A stretch of 64,000 nt of DNA from Tubiluchus corallicola (Eukaryota; Animalia; Priapulida): the NCBI GenBank assembly GCA_030141605.1, contig JAQGDQ010000171.1, positions 1 through 64,000 of the forward strand, written 5' to 3'. Position 1 is the first letter of the stretch. Each line of letters starts with the position of its first letter. Positions 51,971-64,000 of this stretch are shown one piece after another. The notes under the pieces are model-generated. The model searched no databases, was not told the DNA's origin, and worked only from the letters and a program-made list of their open reading frames with translations. Both the position numbers and the translations under genes were made by a program.

Positions 51971-54900
51971 ACCATAAAATGTTTTCGCACATACCAGAAC
52001 CATCGTCATCTAGTCAGAACACTTCAATTGTCTTTTAAACTATCAACTGTCAATGCGGTCCCTTCGTCTTTAAACTTTTTTGCAAGTTTGGTTTACCAAT
52101 GGTACGTACATTTTAGGCATTTGGTACATTAAATGCGTGCTAAATACCTGACGGTGTGTAGGGCGTAACCGAAGTTAGCAACACCGGGCCTAGTCAGTGA
52201 ATTTTTCATGTCTGCTTGTGTCAAAACTTACATTCGCAATGTTGACACCGGTTACTTAGAATTTACGCCATAAAGGGAGCATGGTAGCTAAATGCCGGTT
52301 CACTACCTTATCTTAGAGGCATGACCAATATAACAAACGAGGTTTTCGTCTTGCCACAAACGTTAAGCATACCGTACCGTCGTAAACTTGCTTCCATCTG
52401 GCAACGTGCTGTATGGTAAGCAAAAGTGATGATAAAGGAGAAAGTTATTATTATTATGCACGCCCTGATAGCAATGCATCATGCAGGTCTCAAATCCACA
52501 GGGTGTTACACTAAACAGAAATAACACGATGTCTTGCGTCACGATATATGGAATCTATTCACATAATCTCGTCCGTTGAGAACCCGGAGAAACCAATTCA
52601 ATAAATGCAACGTCAAGTGGCCGTTAGAGCACGATCAAAGCTGTTGAAGCATCTCCCAAGAGTTATTTTCACGCGAAGCCTGAAAGCTGTGTAGTTACAG
52701 GTAAACATTGTAAATTATCCATCAGAGCAGAGAGCTCTGTGAAATCCTTTTCAAAATCTCTCTAATGAGAATTGCGAGGCTGGTTTATATTGACAACAAA
52801 ATTTAAACTGTTTCTTATCTGGAACGTTTTTTCACAGTTTTAAAACACTTATTTACACATATCGTCTAAAGTGCGTCGCTAATAGTAAGTGCTTTTGTTA
52901 GAATAATGATTTAATGATTATGTGTGACGCAACCGAAAATTACAGTTTTTTAGTTGTCAGTTAGAGCCCGTGCACGATTCTAGTGTAATTCATGTTAATG
53001 AGGCGTTTCACTGAATATTTAAAATTGTCGAGAAATACGTCAGTATGGCATATCTCGAGTTGTACAGTATTTATACGTGTTTACCCTGTTTGCCTGGATC
53101 TGGCCTGGCAAACAGATTTGTGAATGAACCATTTAAGCCTATAGGATAAGCAGTATTTGGCATTGTGCCCATTTGCCCATGGAATTAGCCAATTATTCTG
53201 ACGTCAATAAGTTTCCTCTAAGAACATTCTAATGTGTGGCCAATCCTTTGTGATTTGAGTTAACATAGTAGCCTGCCAAGAGATATGGTACCTTCCAGCT
53301 CTTTAACGAGGATTTTGTTGGTCACGGCTTAATCTGCATTCTAGACTATTTTGTATCATTATTTTATCCTAGTAATATAAAGGAAACAATAGGTTTTGTC
53401 TACACATTATTATCATCTACTAATCAGTTATACTAAAATGTAGTTAGGTCTTTATAATGTAATCAATATATCTTTTATATACTAATATGATTTATTAGTA
53501 TTACTTTCGTATCGTCATTATAAATATCATTATGTAAAAGCCGCGTAAATCACTTCTAATAGTTATGCGCATATTTTAGTTCATGTATTCTTTGTTTCGA
53601 TTTAGGTTACATCAAATTAGAAAGATGTTTTAACACAAACAACTTCACGAATCATATTTGGGTCGGAAACTTTGAGATAATGCTTGAACTTGAGACAAAT
53701 TATGCACCAGTCTAGCTCTCCCTGATTAAAATCAAAAAAAAAATTAAAAACCCCTAAAGTTGCCGATAAAAATGTTCATTTTATCTGTTACTAAGCGAAT
53801 AATCAGGAAAAGATTTTTTGTCCCAATATCACTTTGTATAGGCAAAATTTTTGAGTTCTGCAAAGTCCATGATTATACTAAGGAAGTCAATTAGGAAGTT
53901 TGAAGTCAGCTATCCCTAACGAAGAGATGAATAGCGAATACGAGCAATTTTCTCTAAATGTCGTGGCTTTACAAAATTTTGTAGAAATGAGGGTTCATTT
54001 CCGGAGCCTGTGCCAAAATTTTACACAGAAGTGTTGGTGTGATTAGTTTGTGTGAAACTAATTTTGAAACCAACTTTTGAACGTGCACTATTAAAATTAG
54101 TCTGTGTTAAACTAATTTTCTACACAGTTTAATTTCACAGAAGTCTTTTTTCACTCGAAGAAAACACAGCGAATCTGTTGGGTTGTGACATCGTAGCCAC
54201 ACAAAAGTCGGTGACTCCATGGACTGGCTGACCCAGCGGGCAAGATTCAATCTTCTGTCAACAACAGAATCTTGAAAACTTTATCTGCACTTTAACTTGA
54301 AAACTAGCATGATCTTTTTGATGTTGCTATCGGTGTTTAATTTTGTACATCTATATTATAGCGAGGATTTACTAGCCTTAGAAGTTGAAGTTTCAGGACG
54401 TTATGAATTTTATCACATTATGAACAGTCAAGTTAATTGAACATTACGTTATAGTTGCATCAATTTGTTTTGGGTACGTGATTTTATTTTGATGTGTAAA
54501 CACTACTGAGAAGTGTCGGAGTAATCTTTGGACTTTGTTGAGTCTAATATTTTTACTGATTGTGGTTTTCCTGGTTGAAGTAATAAAAGTCTATGTGTTC
54601 AGAGTTGTGGTCTTATTACAAGATTTAAGTCAGTTAACTTTCTCACTAAACTTACTGAAACCACAACAAAATGTTTAAAAATTAAGTAATTCTTGTGTAT
54701 ATCACTCAACATTGCTGATATTATGGGGTTATAATCTAGCCTAGGGATGTGAATTCGCCTAGGCCATAATATTCCTGGAGTGTATTCTAGCCTAGGCCGC
54801 TTTAAATCCGAGTAATGTTTGGACTGGGAGTATCTTATGTTATACCGAAAAAAGACACAAAAAGTTCACTTTAAAATTAGTCAATGTGAGACCATTTTTC

Positions 54901-55299
54901 CACTCAGACTAATTAAGCCAAACTCATGTAGTTGGAACTTGCGACTCAAACAAAACATATAGTTTCAGTCTTGCCATAATTGAGCACAAATTTGCTTTGT
55001 ATTGCCAGTGTTTGCATTCGCAACTCGTGTGCATTTACCTTAATCTACACGTTTTACTCTCAGTTTTGGAATAAAATGAATATGGGCACAAAAGCAAATA
55101 ACGTGACGTGTAATCAGCTATGTAACATATTTAGCATAACCAGCATAATGCTAATAATCAAAATACTCGTCCAGCGATACCACATTAAACGTATAATTTG
55201 TTCTGATAAAACGTACAGGAAATACGCATCAAGTAAGAATGGAAACCCTTCTCCGTTAGATTTATTAGTTCTTATTCCAGTGTTGATTTTTCTAGCAAT

Positions 55300-55700
55300 C
55301 TGATTAATTAATATCTGACAGAATATTTGGAGTCGTCTACGTTTTCATCCATACAAAATCAAGACTGCCGGTTTTGAAAAATGTAAGGTAAAGCTATTGG
55401 TTTGCAGTGAATTTTAACTGTAATTAATTAATTGATACCAGACGTGATTTTTTGAGTTGATTACGTTTTCACTTGCACGAAATCAAGATTGCCGGTTTTG
55501 AAAAAAGTAAAGTTACTATTCTTGTAGTGTAATTTTAGCTGTAATTAATTAATTAATTAATTAATTAATTAATAGTTTATTAATTAAAACCAGACAGAAT
55601 ATTTTGGGTCGATTTAGTTTTCACCTGTACGAAATCAAGACTGTCGATTTCGAAAAATAACATCGTTACTTTCGCAATGTAATTTAAACTGTAATTTGTT
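55300..55700. repeat. Three diverged tandem copies of a ~125-150-bp unit
   Basis: AAATCAAGA(C/T)TG(C/T)CG...GAAAAA recurs near 55356, 55480 and 55632. Confidence 0.65.
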
Positions 55701-56167
55701 GCGTTATTATGAAAGAAACATGTAACATTAACCAATTTAAGTAATTGTTTCCGTGGAACAATTAAGGTTTTTATCAGTGTAGTTAAATGTATATTGTACG
55801 CCTAAAAATATTCGAATAAGTTACTGTAGCTTACACGTACAGGAAATTATACGATCCATAATTTGTTATGATAAAAATCGCTAAATAGCTTCGTGCAAAG
55901 CATGAAGTCAGGTGGGCACAGGTGCGAACAGGTAAGAAACACTAATTATTGGCGTGTTTAGTTTAATTAGTGTACACCATTCGCGTTTGACTGACAGTTT
56001 TGGATGCTACAAAACTTGGGTAACAGTCACGATACTTGATTAGTGCATATCTAAGATTTTAGATATACGCGAAGGGGAAAAGTGCATGAAATTCGCCAGG
56101 TGTGAAAGACAAGTCTTGGCAGTAATTAACGTCATGGCTTGCATGAAGCGAAGCTTAATTAGTATGG

Positions 56168-56325
56168 TTCGACAAGGTAAATAAAATAATATTTCGAAAC
56201 AGAGTTAGTTTTAAAATTTGTTCGACCAAGGTAAATAAAATAATATTTCGAAACAGAGTTAGTTTTAAAATTTGTTCGACCAAGGTAAATAAAATAATGT
56301 TTCGAAAAAGAGTTAGTTTTAGAAT
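56168..56325. repeat. About 54-bp tandem triplication
   Basis: GTTCGACCAAGGTAAATAAAATAATATTTCGAAACAGAGTTAGTTTTAAAATTT x3. Confidence 0.9.
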
Positions 56326-56549
56326 AAATTTAAGTTTAATTGCAGATAATATCAAAAATGACTAAACATACTTCGTCGCTGGCTACAATAATTATTAATT
56401 GGCTTTCGTTGTACTACTATAATGCAGTAAAGATGAAATAACTTTACAATTTCTTAATCTCAATAGTAACCAGACTGTCTGTTAAGCTATAACTATAACT
56501 ATTTAATGGTTCTTATCTTAATTATGGCATATCATAAAAAATTCAGATT

Positions 56550-57971
<1,422 letters not shown>

Positions 57972-58629
57972 CTTATTGGGCGGACGAAGTGTGTCATTTG
58001 GTGCATAAATTAACATAAAAAATTAATCAAATTGCTGATATTCTAAGATGTAAAAAGATTTTATTTCGTCTGTTAATACTGTTTTGTGGTCCTTTAATTC
58101 GATGACAGATAATCGTGTAATGCTTAAATTGTTTCACGCTTACTATTGCTAATTCTAGGGTTGTTCTATTAATATTTATCAAAGAACTGCATGTCGTCTT
58201 TAATTTTACTGAATATGGAAAAGCATTGAAACGAATCTTAAATTTGCTTAGAAATTCTCATCTCAGCAGGACATTGTGTATTACTGATACATGTCATCCA
58301 GATGTGCTTTTCCATAAGAGCATTTTAAAGCTTTATTGTGACATTAACGTGTCTGTTAATCCAGTTAACTGCTCATTGCTTGTGTCAAATAAAAACACTA
58401 AGTACATAAGTATTCTAAACAGAAACCGTCTTAGGGCACACCTGAATCACTGTTGACGTAATAGCCTACATTCTATTCTGGACTTTGCATAATGAATATG
58501 TAATTGAAGGTTTCACAGATATTAGTGAAATCTTGCATTCGCCACTAACAACATAATGTATATAGGGCTACTTACCTTATTATATTACATGTAATTATCA
58601 TTATGTATGAATAAGGATGATATATTATA

Positions 58630-58671
58630 GTTATTATTATTACTGTTATTGTTTTTGTTGTTGTTTTTGTT

Positions 58672-58740
<69 letters not shown>

Positions 58741-58755
58741 TCATTATTATTATTG
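58630..58755. repeat. (ATT)n microsatellite
   Basis: Directly visible. Confidence 0.92.
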
Positions 58756-59059
58756 CAAAAGTTCAAAACAGACTATACTACATGTATCTGCCAACCATCT
58801 TTTAGTAATGCTTTTCTCGTCAGGTTAAGAAAGATAAGTTTGCTATTTTAATTTCAAAAGTTTATCAATCACTTTATATAACAGCATGTTTTGCATATTT
58901 CCATCACTTAATCCTAAAGAGGACATTTTAAGTTCGCTACTGCCTCCAATCACATCAAACACATTCGAAAATTCTGCAAAATTTACACAGCAACGTGAAT
59001 TATTTCAAATAAGCAATCTTGTCAATCTGTGTTAAGCCTTGCGGCGATACATTACCGCA

Positions 59060-59520
59060 TAAAGATTTTACGCGACCTAATGCATTTTTCATGTAAAAGC
59101 TTGACAGTGTTGTACTAGAGATTTCGTGCAAAGTGTTGATTAAAATGAATGACGTAAGAGCCCAATATTATCTAACCTATTCCCCCACCCCTACGTGCCG
59201 TTACATTTGCATACCTGATACCACTGACACCGATCCTTTTGATTATTGTGTACCACAAGGTTCGTGTTTTGGACCTTTATTCTTCATAGTCTACACGAAT
59301 TTTTATATTCAGGGTGATAAATGAATATTCCTGATATACATGCCTTTGTAAGATGTCTGTCAGTTATATTTATCCTTTGTCCATCTTGTATAACACCGTT
59401 CTGATATAGAAGTCGTGACTGCAATGCAAAATTGTACTGAAAACGTTGGAAAGAGGCTGTATTGATTAAAGTGAACGACGTACGAGCCCAATATTATCTA
59501 ACATATTTCCCACCTCTACT
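59060..59520 (+). mobile_element. Rearranged second fragment of the same L2-like RT region
   Basis: VPQGSCFGPLFF; aligns with 56560-56800; ~40-bp internal duplication at 59136 and 59462. Confidence 0.7.
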
Positions 59521-61779
59521 TGCCACTACGCGTTTACAGCCAGGCCCATATTCTCGATACTGTGACAGTAAGTTACTATTTTGCGCAAATTGCCTAAGAA
59601 GGTTACCCAAGTTGTTTTTCTCAAAAAATACCACCCAATCAAACTCTGTAAAGCTGCGTAGAAACTTGGCAAGAAACAAACAGATGCTGTAATGTTTTTG
59701 TTTTTTCATATATTAAGGCAAAAAATGTTTCAGTTAATTAAATTTTGCGTAAATGAAATTATGCAATAGCAACAACCGTGGAAAATTCTTTTGCGAAGGA
59801 AGTAGAACCCGGTCGCCTTTAAGGCGATGTTGCGTTTTAGGACAAATTTTCAACTGATACATCAGCATCATTGAAGTTGCTGTTGTCGTCATCGTCATGG
59901 GATTCTATAGCCGCTCTTATTTATTCGAGTTTTCGGTGTTTTTTGTGTTGATTCTTCGATAGTTTTGGAACTACATATTTGGGCTGGTTTTTAAATACTT
60001 TTTTAGTTTTGAATTTGAGATCTAATTTTATTGGCTTCGAGAATTTGAATTGTTAGTCCATAGTTGAGTTGGGAGTTCATAAACAAAATGATTTGACCTT
60101 TGCTGAATTGAGTTAGATCGACTTGAGTTGGATTAAGTTGAAGTGATTTCACTTATAAATGAGCGGCGGGAAGAGCTGTGCTAAACCGCATGCCGGATGT
60201 TAGATGAGTTGAGTTGTATGTTGAGTTGATTGAGTTGAGACAGCTAAATTCAGTCGGAAACTGAAGCTAACCCCGATTGTAAAACTTCATTAGCACGATC
60301 TTTAATAAACGGAAGCATTTTGTGCCTTGGTATTTACGAAAAAATTTACAGTACATCTCCATTTCTTGCCAGTGCAGTGAGCCATTTTACCTACTTTTCC
60401 ATTTGTGCCACTTTTACCGTACCATTTTTACCAACTTTTCCGTTTGTGCCATTTTACAATACCATTTTTGTGGCATTTTTTCTGCGCCATTTTACCCAAA
60501 TTTGGATTTGTGCCATTTTTACCTAAGTTCGAGTGGAGGAAGTCGTACGCACATACATCTGGTTTCTGCGGTGACGACGGGTGCTCGCCTACATTTTTTG
60601 TCCAGAAAAATAGATGGGGGAAATGTGTTTTATGCAGCAGTGCACAAAGTGTTTCACAATGTGCTGTCCCAGATGCCACATTTTCCGGATCGCAGTGCGA
60701 ATTTCACCGCAACATCGCCCCGAATTTCGCCGCATCATCATACGTATATCATAAACTCTCCCTGCGTACGTGCATGTTTTAGCGTGCAGTTTTTCACTAA
60801 AGCGGAATCAATAGCCGAGTCTATATAGGTTACTTCGAATTTCAACTTGCAACCCATGCATGTCGTGTTATTGTCATCGATTGAGAATTTCAGCAGCCTG
60901 CTAATTGAACTCAACTTAAGCGGACATGATACAGAACATAAAAGCAAATGCCTTTTTTAGAATCTCGCGAAGCCCGTTATGGCAAATTAAATGAAAGTGT
61001 TGAGATGAAAGATTGAATTTATTTTCAGGATTTACGTTGCCGCTGAAGACGAAAGTCACGAACCGACTGTAAATTAATGGCGTAAATGATTTGATCGCCG
61101 TGAATTTTATGCGAAATCATAACAACGTAAAATGAATGGGGTTTATGAGCCTGAGCAGGGAGTCGTTGGGCGATGACCAGGCAATGATAATAGGTCAGTT
61201 TCAGTTACTATACTGTCATGGATTAGGTTACGTATGTACAGCTGCCCAGGTAGAAACAGGCCTAGGTTCGAATCCCAGTGGATTTGCAAAACATTCTAAT
61301 TTAGTATTCCTGTCGTGCGTTTATATGATGGCAACAAAGGTCGTATTTTAAAGGGAGGTGACATACACATCCGAATGTGATTAAAACACGTTTGCTCGTT
61401 AAATGTTTCAGAACATTATCTTAATTATAGCTAGAATCACAACCTGCTACATTAATAGGCCATTGGTTACCACTTACCATTAATGATATAAAAGATATCA
61501 AAAACACAGATATATGTCCTATAAATCAAACAGTCATTAGTACAATAGGACAGGTAAAATATGAATTATTCAAGATCCGTCATTCGCTTGAGAAAATGAG
61601 CATAATACGACATCGCTGTGAAATTCGTGCCTTATTTTGCAATTTGTTACGACTGACATCTGCATCGTCAAGACAAACGCAAATAGCGAACCGTAATTGC
61701 GCGAATCTTCCATATTAGACATCATTTTCTCTATTAGTATCATTTTAATTTGCCTGTGGCAATATCGTACTTAAGTAGT

Positions 61780-62680
61780 CTCTACCAGTTTCATTATGAA
61801 GTAGTTTCGTCCAGTTCATTAGCGAAGTACTTCAGCTAGTACGACGGTGCAGCGTTTCTTTGAGAATGATGACGAAGTGGTTTCTGTCAGCACGGTAGTG
61901 GATTGATCTTTATCACTTTCATTGTAAAGTGATTTCTATCAGTACGACGGTTAAGTACCTCTGCCTGGTGCAATGGTAAAGTGTCTCTGCAGGTACATGA
62001 TAAAGTGGTCTGTGCCAGTACCATAGTGAAGCGATCTCTAAAATTTCATTGTAAAGTGGCAATTCCAATACAATGGTGAAATGTCTCTGCCAGTGAAATG
62101 GTGAAGCATCGGTACAGTGGTGAAGTGGTATTTAATGGCACAATGATGAAGTGTCTGGGTTATTTCAATGGTGCAATGTTTTTGGCAGTAAAATGGCGTA
62201 GCACTTCTGCCAGTACATTGGTAAAGTGGTCTCTGCCATGACATTGGTGAACTGGTCTTTGATAATGCAACGGCGAAGTGTCGTCTGTCTGTCGTTATGT
62301 GTCTCATGACGCTATACACTGTCTTCGCATATCGACTGTCCAACGTGACATGAAGTACTCTGCCAATGCAATGGTGCAGTGTTTCTGGCAGTATAATGGT
62401 GCAGTGTTTCTGCCAGGACAACGGTGATGTGGTTTCTGCCAGTGCCAATAGCGGGGTGATCTCTTCAGCTTTCACTGTAAAGTAGTTTCTGTCTTTACAA
62501 TTGGTAATGTTTCTTGCCAGTACAAAAGCAAAGTATCTATGTGCGTACAGAAATGAAGTGATCTCTACCAGTTTCATTGTAATGTGGTTTTTAGCAATAC
62601 CATACTGAAGTATATGTGCTAGTGCAATAGTGCAGTGCTCTGCACCTAGGTAAAGTGGTTTCTGCCATTGTCTGTCTCAT
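61780..62680. repeat. Old degenerate minisatellite, ~25-bp unit (CTGCCAGTACAATGGTGAAGTG-like)
   Basis: Recurrent TCTGCCAGT..ATGGTG.AGTG periodicity; produces ORF 62038-62577. Confidence 0.7.
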
Positions 62681-63069
62681 GATATTATACACTGTATTTA
62701 CATATCAACTGTCCAACGTGACAAGTAGTCATGAAGCCACATCTAAACGGTTATCATAATCGTCTTGGCAGACTGCAAAATGTTACGTCAAGCTAGTCGG
62801 GTGTCGTTTGACCAACTCTGCAATTACTTTGTTGTCGAAGAACTATTGTTACGTAGAATTGTCCAGGATTTCTAGTCACCGACCGACAGTTTGTTCTTGC
62901 CTCTCGTAATTTTTCAGACATTTACAGATAAAGAGCAAAAGCTTGAAAATTGAATTTACCCGTTGCAGTTCTCTCTGAATTTCTACTATAAGATTGTTCC
63001 CTTCTTAACCACAACTCCACTACCTCCTTAAAGATGAATCAGCAGAAATCGGCCAGCACTGTCAGATTA

Positions 63070-63230
63070 GCTATAACGGAAGGTGTTTACAATCCCCACA
63101 CAATTTAAATACCCTAACCCTATCCCTAAAATTAAGCCCAACCCTAACCCCAAACCTAATCCTAACCCTAGCCATAATCCGCTTCACGAATCTTAATTCT
63201 TGTACACGGGAAAAATAAACTTTAGCCGCT
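63070..63230 (-). repeat. Telomere-like (CCCTAA)n-containing dispersed element, copy 2
   Basis: CACAATTTAAAT-ACCCTAACCC...AATCCGCTT...AAACTTTAGC is the reverse complement of 25319-25510. Confidence 0.7.
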
Positions 63231-63427
63231 ATAATAGTTCTGTGTTGGGCCTATATTTCACTTTCCGACTATAACTCCTTATCTCCTAATCATTACAACT
63301 CGTGTTCCATCAAGTTTGAGACTCATAGGCCCTTTAATACATAATGTACGTTTTAAGTCATAAAGACGTGATGAAGAGTTTTTCCCCGTTTTCTCGTAGG
63401 GTTTAGTGGAACTTAAATCAACTGCCA

Positions 63428-63495
<68 letters not shown>

Positions 63496-63690
63496 AACGA
63501 CGACGACAACGACGATGATGATGATGATGGTGATGAAGTCGGTGGTACTGGTGGTGGCGATGGTCATGGTGATTGCCTGATTGCGTTGATGTTGATGCTG
63601 CTGGTGCGGCTGATTATGATGATGTTGATGATGTTGATGCTGCTGCTGCTGCTGATGATGATGATAGTGACAACTATAATAATGATGATA
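63428..63690. repeat. (GAT)n microsatellite with degenerate extension
   Basis: Directly visible. Confidence 0.9.
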
Positions 63691-64000
63691 TTGTCGGCTA
63701 TCAGCGAGCCGGTTTCTCTAAAAGTACAAGGGCAGAGAAAGCAAGCACAAGAATAGATTTGTAAACTATCTAGAATGAATAGTTTTGCCTGACTGTCAAA
63801 GTGGCTTTTAATTAGAAATATAATGAAAATGCCACACACAAAAAAATTACAAAAAAAAACTATGCGCCAAAATTGCTCTCTCGCGTAAAAAGTATTTTAA
63901 ATATAATATTGCATATTACTTACGTTGTAACCACGTCAATACAGTATCTAGGTAGAAATAAGGAAACAATGAGCAACGGGAAATATCTGAATTCTGAGTT

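Noticed and set aside
52148-52410. Two short minus-strand segments with AG...GT boundaries as possible exons
   Set aside because: Weak polypyrimidine tracts and no recognisable product or partner exon
61040-61060. CTGAAGA-C-GAAA resembling a hammerhead ribozyme core (also CTGATGA near 30284)
   Set aside because: No stem II or flanking helices can be formed
61255-61285. B-box-like GGTTCGAATCC (also near 23311) suggesting a tRNA gene
   Set aside because: No cloverleaf or A-box could be built; at most a SINE remnant
62038-62577. 179-aa minus-strand ORF
   Set aside because: Lies in a degenerate ~25-bp minisatellite
63279-63756. Possible terminal exon (...PYEKTGKNSSSRLYDLKR...) or Asp-rich plus-strand ORF
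   Set aside because: Mostly (GAT)n-derived, with no convincing acceptor or homology; cannot be supported within the window

Overview
AT-rich, microsatellite-rich eukaryotic (invertebrate animal-like) genomic DNA with one assembly gap (33045-33425). I reconstructed two spliced genes by hand, both on the minus strand. (1) A cGMP-specific phosphodiesterase 9 (PDE9A-like) gene, CDS 48943 to 10006, with 17 coding exons per isoform, all GT-AG and phase-consistent, giving about 540-563 aa. (2) Downstream, an unrecognised 6-exon gene (5667 to 834) for a 240-aa type I membrane protein with a signal peptide, Ser/Thr-rich mucin-like stalk, TM helix and Cys/basic juxtamembrane segment. The most notable signal is the isoform architecture of PDE9: a tandemly duplicated, frame-enforced mutually exclusive exon pair (7a/7b), a candidate stop-then-restart cassette exon just before the catalytic domain, a candidate alternative 3' exon that would switch the reading frame of the last exon, and an in-frame upstream ATG that would mask the N-myristoylation motif. 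Introns and intergenic DNA hold many non-autonomous DNA transposons (Kolobok-like, hAT, Tc1/mariner and others), CR1/L2-group LINE remnants, an RTE-type SINE-like element, a 58-bp satellite with higher-order structure, and simple repeats. All gene models come from splice signals, phase and recalled homology; no transcript evidence or database search was available.
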